The translations under genes and the position numbers were made by a program. Positions 10,847-21,400 of a DNA stretch of 64,000 nucleotides are shown one piece after another; position 1 is the first letter of the stretch; each line of letters opens with the position of its first letter. The notes beneath the pieces were generated by a model that had not been told where the DNA came from, searched no databases, and worked only from the letters and a program-made list of their open reading frames with translations. The DNA is taken from the NCBI GenBank assembly GCA_965655095.1, contig OZ296648.1, positions 177,320,001 through 177,384,000 of the forward strand, written 5' to 3'. The DNA is from Haplodiscus bocki (Eukaryota).

Positions 10847-13201
10847 ATGACGTCACCCACCCCTTTCTTTTTCCTTCCTTTTTTATCCTCCTTCCTCAAC
10901 GTCTGTGCTGATGTCCAGTTCACAACACATTTGAGCGATTCATTGGACGACCCTGTTTTCAAGAAAGGTGCTGCTTTTGTCTTTCAATTTCAAGCCGTGA
11001 CACCGGAAAGTGAGAGTAAGGTTCGTGTGTTCTCACCGTTCCCAAGGATCCCTGATATTAACTTGACCAACGCGTATACTATCCTTCAACAACGTGGACA
11101 CTCCGATACCCTAGCAGGAATGGCCTCGGTTAAGCTGTGCCACACTGCAGACTTGGAACAATTATATGATAACTTGTTTAATCGACTCGCCGAAAAATTG
11201 AAAATATTGGAAAAAGAAATTCAAGCTGCTCAGACAGATCAACACAACTTGGTGACGATGGCTTCTTCTTTCTTACCGCCGTCGATTCACCCACATGACG
11301 CACCTTCACGAAACAAACGAGCAATTGGACTCATCGCAGCGGCTGCGGGAGCCGCGGGACTGGCTCTGGGAGACCCGGTCAAAGAGGCTGCATGTTCAGC
11401 GCTCTCTATTTTTAACCTTTGCACAGATACTTCAGATTTGCAACACGACATTGACGGTATTTTAGCTACTCAATATCAGTTTCAAGATGTTCTGCAACGC
11501 GTTCAAACGAAAAACGATGAAAAATTTTTCTTGCTTGGTAACGAAATCAAAGACACACAGGACAGTGTGGTCAAGATAACAAAACTCGTGGGCACACAGT
11601 TAAAAACCCTGGAAAAAGAATTAATGGAAATCAAAGGCGTGATAGCCAGCCTTCCGGTTTGTAATCAACAACTTATACACAGTATGTCCTTTTTGCAACA
11701 AATTCGGGATTATATTGATCATTTGGGAACACTGTACGCACATATTAAATCTTACAGAGCCGCTTTTTACGCCTACCAGATTGCGCTCTATTCCACTATT
11801 TCGTCACTGGCTGCTGGGTATGTCAGCCGTCAATTTCTCCTCCCTTCCCAACTGGCTTCCATTGTCAGCGACCTTGCCCATGACGAGACTCTCCGTGGCA
11901 ACAAGCTCTCGCCTGCCATCCATGTGGGCCAGGAAGCCATCTACTATGAACTCCAGATGGTTTTAGAAGTTTCCCTTCTCCCTAAAGGTATTTCGGTTGT
12001 CCTTGGCGTTCCGATGAACTCTAAGCGCCCCTTCAACGTCTATCGCGCAATTTCCCTGTACCAGCCTAACGATGATGGCGATACCGCTTCCTTGTATCAC
12101 TTCCCCAACCCTCTTCTAGCCATATCTACTGACAATTCCCGTTTTGCTGAGCTTGATGCCGCCAGCCTTCAGCAATGTTCTGGTAATAACCGCATTAAAC
12201 TCTGTCGTCAAGGTTTTTCGACCACTACAGACGAAACCTTGCTTTGTTTACCGTCTTTGTACTATAATTACGATATACCCGCTCTTCGTAACTGTAAAGT
12301 AGAATCTGTCCTTCTGCCTGACGCTCCTCAAGCTTTTTACTTGGCTGATGGTTTATATCATATTATCTCTCGTGACCCTCACATACAGATGAAAAATGAC
12401 AGTGGCTCTGACTTTTCTATTTCTACCTTATCTTGCAAAGCTTGCTTGATCCGCCCTAGCTGCAGTAGCACCCTCTCTTTCAATCAAGGTGATTTGGAAC
12501 TCCGCCCTGACCTCGATTTCTGCAAAACTAAACCCGAACCCTTCTTGGCCAAAATACAGCTTACTCCTTCTCTGGATTAGATCTTTCAGCATGTTCCCCG
12601 CACCGCCAGTAACTTTCACACATATTCCGTGACGGAAGCCCGTCACTCAGTCCTTAGCAGCGTTCGTTTGGAATTAGCCGAACTCCCTAATGTTAAAACA
12701 ATGTCCACCGAATCCCTTGCTGAGCTTGCAAGACCAATCGCTCAGTAAAATTTTTCCGTCTCTCCGGCCACTTCTGCAGCCTTATCCTCTTACCTCCCCA
12801 CCCGTACAGCTATCTGTTTTTCGGTCGTCTCCATCACTATCTCTCTTCTTACCTTCAGTATTAGTTTTACTCTCTTCCGTCGACAATGGAAACGTCTCTT
12901 TGCCCACCCTCAACGCTTTTTCCGTGGTACTTCTGGCAAGTTCTTGCACATTGTGGATGCCCATCCAACTTCCCCTAACACAGACTCTTCTTTCTTGTAC
13001 CTTTCGGTGCAAGAGTTTCAGGCCTTGCAGGCTCTCGCCCATGCAACTCTCCGTGACCGGTCCCCACCCTTAGTCTCACCCAACCCCCCGGCTACCGCCT
13101 TACCCACTCACCCGCCTACTAACTACACTCAACCTAACCCCCAACTCACTAGTGTGTATCCTTCTGTTACTGTGCCTCTGTACTCCGAATCTACTACTTA
13201 A
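10847..13201 (+). pseudogene. env: Env, class I fusion glycoprotein (baculovirus F/errantivirus/paramyxovirus F-like); in-frame stops at 12578-12580 and 12746-12748
   Basis: Signal peptide MTSPTPFFFLPFLSSFLNVCA; furin site RNKR (11309-11320) followed by fusion peptide AIGLIAAAAGAAGLALG; heptad region; Cys-rich region. The in-frame TM (ICFSVVSITISLLTFSISFTLF-RRQWKR) and tail continue through ORF 12944-13201. Acceptor-like TTCTCTTTATTTAG ends at 10830. Confidence 0.88.
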
Positions 13202-13592
13202 CTTGTCACCCTTTCCGCGTATGTTATATATGATTCTCAGTATCTATGTATCACCTTCTATTACTTCTTTTTATGTTCCTATGTCTTCTCTTCTCATCCT
13301 GCGCGATGCCTCCTAACGCGTTTCCGCGTTACCACCTTTCCTCCTCCTGCCGCGCTTGAGTGTGCGCAATTTTGGCACGTTTCCGTGCGTTTTTCCTCCA
13401 GTCTCGGACTAGACGCGCTCTCTGCGCCCCGCATTACGGTGTTCGACACGTTTCCGTGTCTCCCTGTACTTGGTGACTTCTTGTCTTCATACGTTTCCGT
13501 ATGTAGCCTGCCCCCCTCTTTTTTCGTTTTTCCTTTTTTCGTTTTGTCCCTTCTTTCCCTCACTATGTTTGTATCATCTCTTGTTGTTTCAG

Positions 13593-13938
13593 GTCGCACT
13601 TCAACTTCTTCAGCACCCACCTTGCCCGCCGACACCCTGTGTTAACCAGTTCTGGACGCATCCACCCTGTCGCTGTCGGAGACCATGTGTATCTGGTGGA
13701 AGACGTCCAATATCGCATCACCAAGTTGTCCCCAGACAGTGATTCCGTTTGTTTACAAAAGATCAATTCGAGAGACCGTCCTTTTAAGCGTTCCATCCGC
13801 CAAATCTGGTTGCCTCCACCCACTACTTCTGAATCTTCTGCCTTCGCTGACCTCCCACAACCAACTGTTTTTGCCCAGAACCCTTGCCTCCTCCCGTTCT
13901 CCCCGACGTCATGGATAAGTCCACCCAAGCTGACATAG
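13593..13938 (+). CDS. Uncharacterised accessory reading frame (possible small beta-barrel), perhaps the frameshifted N-terminus of the J-domain ORF
   Basis: Follows a long pyrimidine tract and TTTCAG acceptor (AG 13591-13592). VGDHVYLVEDVQYRITKL...VCLQK has an SH3/Tudor-like alternating pattern. It overlaps the next ORF in a different frame. Confidence 0.35.
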
Positions 13939-14672
13939 ATAAAGAAACTGCTCTCAATGATTGGGTCACTGTCACTACCGACTTTTCTTCTGTCAACCAA
14001 CTGGACAAGGCTTTCCAAGATGCCCGGCGTGAGGCTGAAGTATTTTACGATATGTATACTGAGGCCGACTTGGCTGCTGCCTCCGCCCGCAAGCAAATTA
14101 AACAGCTCACAGCTGAATCTCAACAACTCCGTTCTTCCTTGGATGACTTAAACCGTACCCACAATAGCATGATGGCCGATTCCCTCCGACATCTTAACGA
14201 AATCAGTTCTCTCCGCACTCATCTATCTTCTTTGGACGGCTCCCACACGAAAGCGTTAGCTTCAATGATCCAACACCATCTGTTATCTCTTCCCACCAAT
14301 TTTAACGATCCTGCCACCCCGGACGACACATTCTATCATTTTCTTTGCTGCAACCCTTCCGCTGATATGTCTACACTTGTCCGTCATGCCAACACACTCC
14401 TGCGCTGCCTACATCCTGATAAAGCTTCACCCACTACCGACCACGCCGTCGCTGCTTCTCGCCTAGTTCCCCTCCTTACTAACATCAAACGTGTGTTGAC
14501 ACATCCCGGCCTTCGCAAAGTGTATGACCACTGTGGTCTTCTTGGATTCCGCCGCCTCCTGGATTCTTCTCTTCGTTGCTACCGTTGCACCCCTCGAGAC
14601 GCCGATGACAATTTCACCAAGCAAGGCCGCTGTGAATTCCCACAATTATTCCTGCTCTTCTCAACCTCCTGA
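13911..14672 (+). CDS. Accessory protein: coiled coil + C-terminal DnaJ J-domain
   Basis: Heptad region (ARKQIKQLTAESQQLRSSLDDLNR), then FYHFLCCNPSADMSTLVRHANTLLRCL-HPDK...IKRVLTHPGLRKVYDHCG, the J-domain pattern (HPD at 14412-14420). Confidence 0.82.
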   Translation: MDKSTQADIDKETALNDWVTVTTDFSSVNQLDKAFQDARREAEVFYDMYTEADLAAASARKQIKQLTAESQQLRSSLDDLNRTHNSMMADSLRHLNEISSLRTHLSSLDGSHTKALASMIQHHLLSLPTNFNDPATPDDTFYHFLCCNPSADMSTLVRHANTLLRCLHPDKASPTTDHAVAASRLVPLLTNIKRVLTHPGLRKVYDHCGLLGFRRLLDSSLRCYRCTPRDADDNFTKQGRCEFPQLFLLFSTS

Positions 14673-14708
14673 TTTTTTCCCTCCAATTGCGCGGACGCAA
14701 TTTCCCGC

Positions 14709-14720
14709 GGAGGGGAGTAG
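14709..14720 (+). promoter_or_regulatory. Polypurine tract of Element 1
   Basis: GGAGGGGAGTAG ends 1 nt before the 3' LTR. Confidence 0.85.
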
Positions 14721-14721
14721 T

Positions 14722-15424
14722 TGTAGCGGCCCTGTATGAACCAGTATGAACATTTTGCAAGCAAATACTCGTCATCCACTTCAGATTTATATTGTCATCT
14801 TTTGTCCCCCAGCCCCATAAACAGGCCTCTTTTAAAACAATCATGTCTCAGCTTTGTATTCAATTAGCCAAGTAAACCCACACTTGAAGTGGCAATATAT
14901 CTTATCATAAACTATCATTTTCACATGTTACATTATATTCCAGTCCTAACTTGTTGATTTTCATACGCATCTAAACTTATAACCAGGCCTCAATTTATAA
15001 ACTTTCATGTTAATCTAAACTTGTAAATTATCTTAAAAACATGAATCCTCCAACATTCTGCTGTTAATTGTAATCCTGTTTAAAACTTGACTATTCGTGA
15101 ATTCGAAACAAGAAAAAGAAGCAAAAAGAAAAATCAGCAATCAGACGAACACAGAAGCGAAACGAGAAGAAGCTGCTTGTAAAACAAGACAAAAAGAAAG
15201 AAAAACTCTGAACAATTGTGATATTCTGCTGATCATCACTAATGTAAGTGATTTGTGTTAAATATTAAAGTTAAATTCAGTCTTAAAGCAAAACTAGATT
15301 TTTCTCTTAGAACAATCCCAAAGAGTACCTAACACAAACAACCGTCCTCGCATCCGAAGTATTGAAAGAAATGAGAACTCTAAACTCTTGTTGCCAATTT
15401 TCCAATAAAATCACGGTTGTTAAA
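14722..15424 (+). repeat. Element 1 3' LTR
   Basis: Direct repeat of 2729-3431, followed by TSD GTTG. Confidence 0.97.
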
Positions 15425-17949
15425 GTTGTAATTAGATGGCAACCCATGGCATGTTGACTTGAGCGAAAAAATTCCTGTAAAACTTGATAGGCACTTGATA
15501 TCTAACATGATTAGCTGAGAGAATAATAACGAGAAATATTAGTGAACATTGCCCAGGTTCATCAAGCGTGCAAATCATGAAAGAACCATACATGTAAAAT
15601 GGTAGCATACAATCATACAAAAAAAAACAATTTATGACTTGTATGAAATCTATTATCGTCTATTCATGACTTGATGTCACCGTATCCTTCTTTTGAACTT
15701 CAAAACTTTCATGTTTTCATAGGTTACTACTATATATGAGTTTCTATGATTTCCATGTTTCTTCCACGGAAGTCAAATTGAGTGGCAGATGGGGAATTAC
15801 CACACATTTTAAGATTAAAATCAGATCAAGCGGCCAACTTTACATTTGTCGAATTCGAATCCAGATCGCCTGCCATGAAATTTTCGAAAGATAATTCGAT
15901 TAAATTTTTGATCAACCAATCATGTTTAGGCTCTTACTACTTTACTGGCACAATAAAGGCTACCCCACTTGAGAACACATTGGTAACATTGACTCATCAT
16001 TATTGTTGTCATCCCTAACATCAATGATGCATCAATTTTACATCGAAAAATGTGAATGACTCCTGGATATTGCATTAATGTTTCTTCCTCTTTTCCTTTT
16101 TTCAATTTTTTTCAATAATTTCCCATATAAAAGCCATCGATGTTCCGTCGAATAAACATCAATGATTCATCGATGAAACATGAATGAATCATCACTGAAA
16201 CAACGAGGAATCACCGATGAAAAAGTAATTTTAATTAAGTGTCCGACGGCTGAATTTGAAGTACGAAATTACGATTTCTTCAAATTTCATCAATTCCAAT
16301 ATAATTGAGCAAAAGTAATCGTCAAAAAGTTGATCTAAAATCGAAAGAGCAATAGGTTTAGAAATAACGCCGAATAAGATATTCTTGGCGAGTCTCAGGC
16401 CTGAAAATAAAATTTTTCTAGTAAAATGCCCTGTTTTTGTTTTTAGTTTATAGAAGACGTCTTTTAAAGTTAGATCGATTGAATTGTAGCCAAAAGAAGA
16501 AGTAAAAGGGGAAAAGGGCAAAACCTGCAGAAGTAGAAAAAATAATTCTTTCTCGACTAGTTTAATTCTTACAAAGTCTTCTTAAAAAAATTTTTGAAAT
16601 TTTTGATGTTTGTAAGGAACTTTAAGATCATCCATCCTATAGGTTCCCACTAGTAGCTGAAAATTGGATTTGGAAAGCACAAGCATGATGATACTGAAAA
16701 TATCACGATATTATTTTTGTTGGATCGCGTTTATAATTAGAGCAACGAAAATGTCATTGTTGACTAATTTCAGCAATTTTGAGATATACAATTTTTTTAC
16801 ATGTAACGTTTTGTTTTCATTTAGCACCTAGTTTTAATAATTTTTCACTGTTTAGTGCGTAAATCTTTCAAAAATTGTGTTGCAAAATGGCAAATCTTAA
16901 AAGACATCATTGATAGATCAAATTTTTAATATTAGACACGGCTAAAGGTACTGCTCTCATTTGGACGCTTTGGAACAAAATTTTGATTGACAAATGTTGT
17001 AGTGTTGCTAAAAATGCCAACCTTGTATCCAGTCAATGTTCAAATATCTCTCTGGACCTTTAACCTGAGAACTTTCTCTTTGATTTCAACTGACAAGTCG
17101 ACAAGTCAGAATATGTTGCGAAGTTCTCTTTCGCCCCTGTGTTCAAATTTTTATAAGTTTATTTCTTCCTGGTTACAAAGTCCCGGTTGATTTGCTATAT
17201 TTTAGGCCTTGTGTTTTTGGGTTTTTTTTGCAACGCCAAGGGTAAAGTTTCTGTTTTCTTTCTTGTGCAATGTGAAAGATGCATGAATCATTAATGAACA
17301 TCATCAATGTTTTGAAACATTATGCTTAATAATCATTGATGATCTTCAGTGTTTCTATCGAAATCATCAATGTTTCCTCAATGTCATGTCGATATTTTTT
17401 CAAAGAATCATTAATGAAACTCGCGTTATAGCTAACGCTTAAACAGATATATTATATTTCCTAAATGCGTGCAGTAAGCTATTAAACAGGGAATGAATAA
17501 TGTTTAACACGGGAACTGCAATTGGTATTGACTAACCTGGGAGTTGCTGTTGCTGGTGGTAAATGGTATAAAAGAAAGCTGAAAGATTGGAATTGCACAA
17601 AGAGAAGGGAAAGCAAAATTTCTAAAGGCGCGGAAATGTGGTTCGACGTGATTGGCTCAACGACCAGTCACGAAGATGTCGTCATAACTTCGTTTCCTAG
17701 CTGGTACGAGAGAACGGCTTGGCCATTTTTGACTTACTCGCTTACCGGCCGGCAGCCATATTCCTTTCCCTTATTTCACTTCCCTTTCCTTACGCCTCGC
17801 TTTCTTTTCCTTCTTGCTTGGCCAAATTTATTCTGAATTCCCTTCTTTCTCTCCGCGGACGAAAATATTCCAAGACAATTCTAGCTTGCCTTGCCTACAA
17901 ATTTTGCCGCTTACAGACCCAACCGTCCTACTCTCCGCTTATCACCAAA

Positions 17950-18313
17950 TGATCTGATTGGCTCTCGGTCAAACGGCGGCCATCTTGAAAATTCAAGTAT
18001 AAATAACCGGCGCACAGCTATAGCATTCATTCACGCTTTTTAGCCTATTTCCACGAGGCGAACCTCTCTTCCACTTTCCTATCATCATAATTTTGGGATT
18101 TATTCTTATTCCCGAAATTATTCTAAGACAACTTCAAAACTCGTCTTAGTCAAATTTCTCTATCGCCTCAACAGAATTATTCTAAGACAACTTTAAAACT
18201 TGTCTTAGCCGCCAACCTTACAGAACCAACCTTCCTGCTCTCCAATTCTCACCAAATGATTTGATTGGCTCCCGCTTAAACGGCGGCCATCTTGGAAGGA
18301 TCGAGTATAAATA
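17950..18313 (+). promoter_or_regulatory. Duplicated promoter module in the solo LTR (ATTGG box - GGCGGCCATCTTG - TATAAATA)
   Basis: The module occurs at ~17950-18005 and ~18257-18313; GCCATCTTG resembles a YY1 site. Confidence 0.6.
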
Positions 18314-18588
18314 CCCAGTGCACAGCCATAATATTCATTCGCTTGCTACCGTCAACTACCAACTTCCCCGAGGCAAAACTCTCTTCCACCTTCCTTTCAC
18401 CCATATTCTGGAAATATTCAAAGACTCTTCGTCAACAACCCGAAAATATTCAAAGACTTTTTCGCCTGCAAATTTGTCTGAGCCGCAAATCAGCAACAAC
18501 CCGAAAATATTCAAAGACTTTTTCGCCTGCAAATTTGTCTTAGCCGCAAATCATCAACTATATCCCGGAAATATTCGAAGACTTTCTG

Positions 18589-18885
18589 GGCAGCAATCAA
18601 CAGCATCAACCAGCAGCAGCAACCAGCAGCAGCTACCAACAGCAGCAACCAGCAGCAGCTACCAACAGCAGCAACCAGCAGCAACTACCAACAGCAGCAA
18701 TCAGCAACATCAACCAGCAGCAGCAACCAACAGCAACAATCAACCGCAGCAATCAGCAGCATCAACCAGCAGCAGCAACCAGCAGCAGCATTCAGCAGCA
18801 ACAATCAACAGCAGCAACCAGCAGCATCGATCAGCAGCAGCAACCAGCACTAACAATCAACAGCAACGACCAAAAGCAACAACCA
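18589..18885 (+). repeat. Degenerate CAG/CAA trinucleotide array inside the solo LTR
   Basis: (CAG/CAA)n interrupted by AAC/ATC units; it accounts for the Q/S/A-rich ORF 18261-18938. Confidence 0.9.
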
Positions 18886-21332
18886 GTTTCGTCCTACCAG
18901 CATCACCCCCACAATCCACGACGACCCACGTTAGATAACATTACGGTTCCTAGCACTGGCTACGTCCTGCTAGAAGTTGATTTAGGATTAGCCGCCCGGT
19001 TGCGAGTGCAGTCACCGTTACCGAGGACCATTTTTTGTGACATTTCGATTTTTCTAAAACTCCCTTTTTGTGATTTTTCTTTTTTTTCCTAAGACGTAGT
19101 ACTAACTATTAACCTGTAAAAGTAAAACTTTATTATTCACGACCTATTGGCAGTCCCTATGACGTATGCCTTGGTCGCAGATAAAAGAGAATAAAATTCA
19201 TTGCTGGTTTCCCGTGGGTCCGGACTTTATCGGCAGGGACTAAAACACCGGCTTAAGATTAAACCCGACGAGCTGGTTTTATACCGCACGGAGGTACTTT
19301 TTTATACTAAGAGTAGTGTAAAATGCATGTAATGTAAAATGCATGTAATTTGAACCCCCTTTCCCTACAGACTAGCCTATCCAGCTTGGGACTAAAACAG
19401 GGGCTAGTCTTTTTTTACCCGTAATCCTAGTTTATCAAGAGAGACGTGGTATAACTAAACGTAAAACAAATTGTAAAATGGCGGGCTAAAAAAAAGCCGA
19501 CCAGAGATAAGACGGGACTTGTTCGCCACCCGCACTGGTCAGAAAAGTAAAATGGTGTATGTGAAACATTTTATTCTATTGTCAGGCAGTGGATGTGGAT
19601 GTGGATGTGGAATAAATTATAATTTTGATGTTTAGAAGTTTTAATTTATAACATTAAATTTATGGGACTAAATTTGAATAGTCCAAGAGTGTATTTACGA
19701 TGATTCATTTATAATTCAATTGGACTAAATTCAACGAGTCCAATTTTTATTCTTGAGTTTCTAAATCCTAAACTAAACTTAATTCAATAAATTTGACTTT
19801 TATATTTAACTTCATAATTTCAATTCAGACTAAATTAAAGTAGTCTGAATTGGTGGATGTTGATTGCATTTTGTAATTTTAATTCAGACTAAATTAAAGT
19901 GGTCTGGATTTTTTAATTGCTATTATATTCCTCACTCCTAAAGTGAAGTTAACATAACGGTGATTAATATTTTTCACGTTTGGTGGCACCCTTATTTATA
20001 CAAATCCTGATTTAATTTTTCCAACTTCTGGTAGTATCTTCACGTGCAAAATTTTGTTGCTGTAAACAGAATAAGAGAGACGTAAGTCGGGTTGGCAACT
20101 ATATTGAGCAGAAGTAAAGGCTATATGGCAAATTTCCCTGTGCTATTCCACGCTTACAATTTGGTAACTCCCCCTTACCAACGTGCAGTTAGTCGAACTT
20201 AGAAAGTTGGAAATTTGGAATACCTTCAATATTAATTCAATGTTCTTTCGTACCATTCTCCGCTATAGCTCAAAAGTCCTTGCTTGAATTCACGCAGTTC
20301 CTTTGTTCGCACGGTTAAGCAAGGCACGCCATTGAGACTTGTAAATATTAGCCGTCGCTATAACGCTGTAGTGCTGGCTGAGTTAGCTACCGGCACAGCT
20401 AAGTAAATATTAGATTTGTAATACCAGTACCCCTACCACGTGCGACAAAACATTAATGGAACATCAATAGAACATCGATGTTTCAGAAATTAACAACACA
20501 TTGTGAACATTACTTATCTTTGCCTCGTTGTCTGTTTAATGACCGAGCCTGTTTTTTCCACGATGACATCGATGATTAATCAATAATTTCAATGCGCTCT
20601 CAACTGGGACTGTAGAATTAGCAGGCGACACTTTCATTTAAGTGACGATGTATGACATCAAAATCAAGGAAGCGAACAGAGTTGAACTGAGTTGAAATGA
20701 TTTGTGAGGACAGCGCGAAAAAAAATTTTAGGAAGAAAAGAATTGATGAAAACGACTGAAGATGAGGTCTTCTCAACTGTTTAGTCGCGCACACGTCTAA
20801 CAATGTCTAATAAATATATAAACACTGTAAAAAGGCGCATTTCAATTTGTATGCAACTCCCGCAGATGAATCTATCCGAAACTAAATTTCGATGTAAATG
20901 AATGAATATTTTTCTGCAGGTGGGGTTTACAAACAGCTCCCGCAAACAATAAAAGAACTTCATCAGGGGTTCCTCAATCTCTTTCTATTAAAAAACCTAC
21001 CGTTTGAACTAGCAAATCTGGATTTTTCTGCCAGGAATACTGGATTCCTGAGTTTCTTGTTAGCACCTCTATATGCCCAAATTTCGTGGTGAGAATCCTG
21101 TATTCCTGAGTTTTCGGATAGGATCCAGGTTCACTATCTGAATGTGCAAAATTTGAAAGACATGCGTGAAATGTAATCAAAACATTCTATTATCTCCAAC
21201 CCATATTAATATGCTCTATCATTAATCGAGCTACATCCTTTTTGACTAGCAATTCCATATTAAGTTCCAACGTGTTAGTAGCAACTGCTAACTAACACGC
21301 TGAAATTTACTTAAATTGCAATTGGTAGTACA

Positions 21333-21400
21333 AGACGATAAAGCATTGGCGTAGAGATTCTGACTGCAGTCCGATAGGTCAATGGTTCGAATCGTTGTGT
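21333..21400 (+). pseudogene. tRNA-derived SINE/pseudogene-like fragment
   Basis: A-box-like TGGCGTAG and B-box GGTTCGAATC with tRNA-like spacing; no intact cloverleaf. Confidence 0.3.

Larger units (their letters stand above)
2729..15424 (+). mobile_element. Element 1: full-length env-bearing Ty3/gypsy-type LTR retroelement, 12.7 kb
   Basis: Two 703-bp direct repeats, 4-bp TSD GTTG (2725-2728 and 15425-15428), PBS, PPT, and gag-pol(PR-RT-RH-macro-IN)-env order. Confidence 0.97.
17421..20447 (+). mobile_element. Solo LTR (~3.0 kb) of a family related to Element 2
   Basis: Start TCGCGTTATAGCTAACGCTTAAAC resembles the Element 2 LTR start TCGCGTTACACATAACGCTTAAAC; end CCCCTACCACGTGCGACA resembles CCCCTACCCCTCGCGACA. 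Shares the AAATATTCYAAGACAATTCT repeat unit. Flanked by AAAC (17417-17420, 20448-20451). Confidence 0.8.
16013..20608. repeat. Degenerate CATCAATGAAA (11-bp periodic) repeat element, interrupted by the solo LTR
   Basis: CATCAATG/CATCGATG arrays at ~16013-16220, ~17280-17420 and ~20448-20600. The end CTCAACTGGG matches the inverted start CCCAGTCGAG of a short copy at 22041-22209. Confidence 0.45.

Noticed and set aside
18261-18938. 225-aa Q/S/A-rich ORF
   Set aside because: Produced by stop-free CAG/CAA and tandem repeats inside a solo LTR; non-ATG start; no domain.
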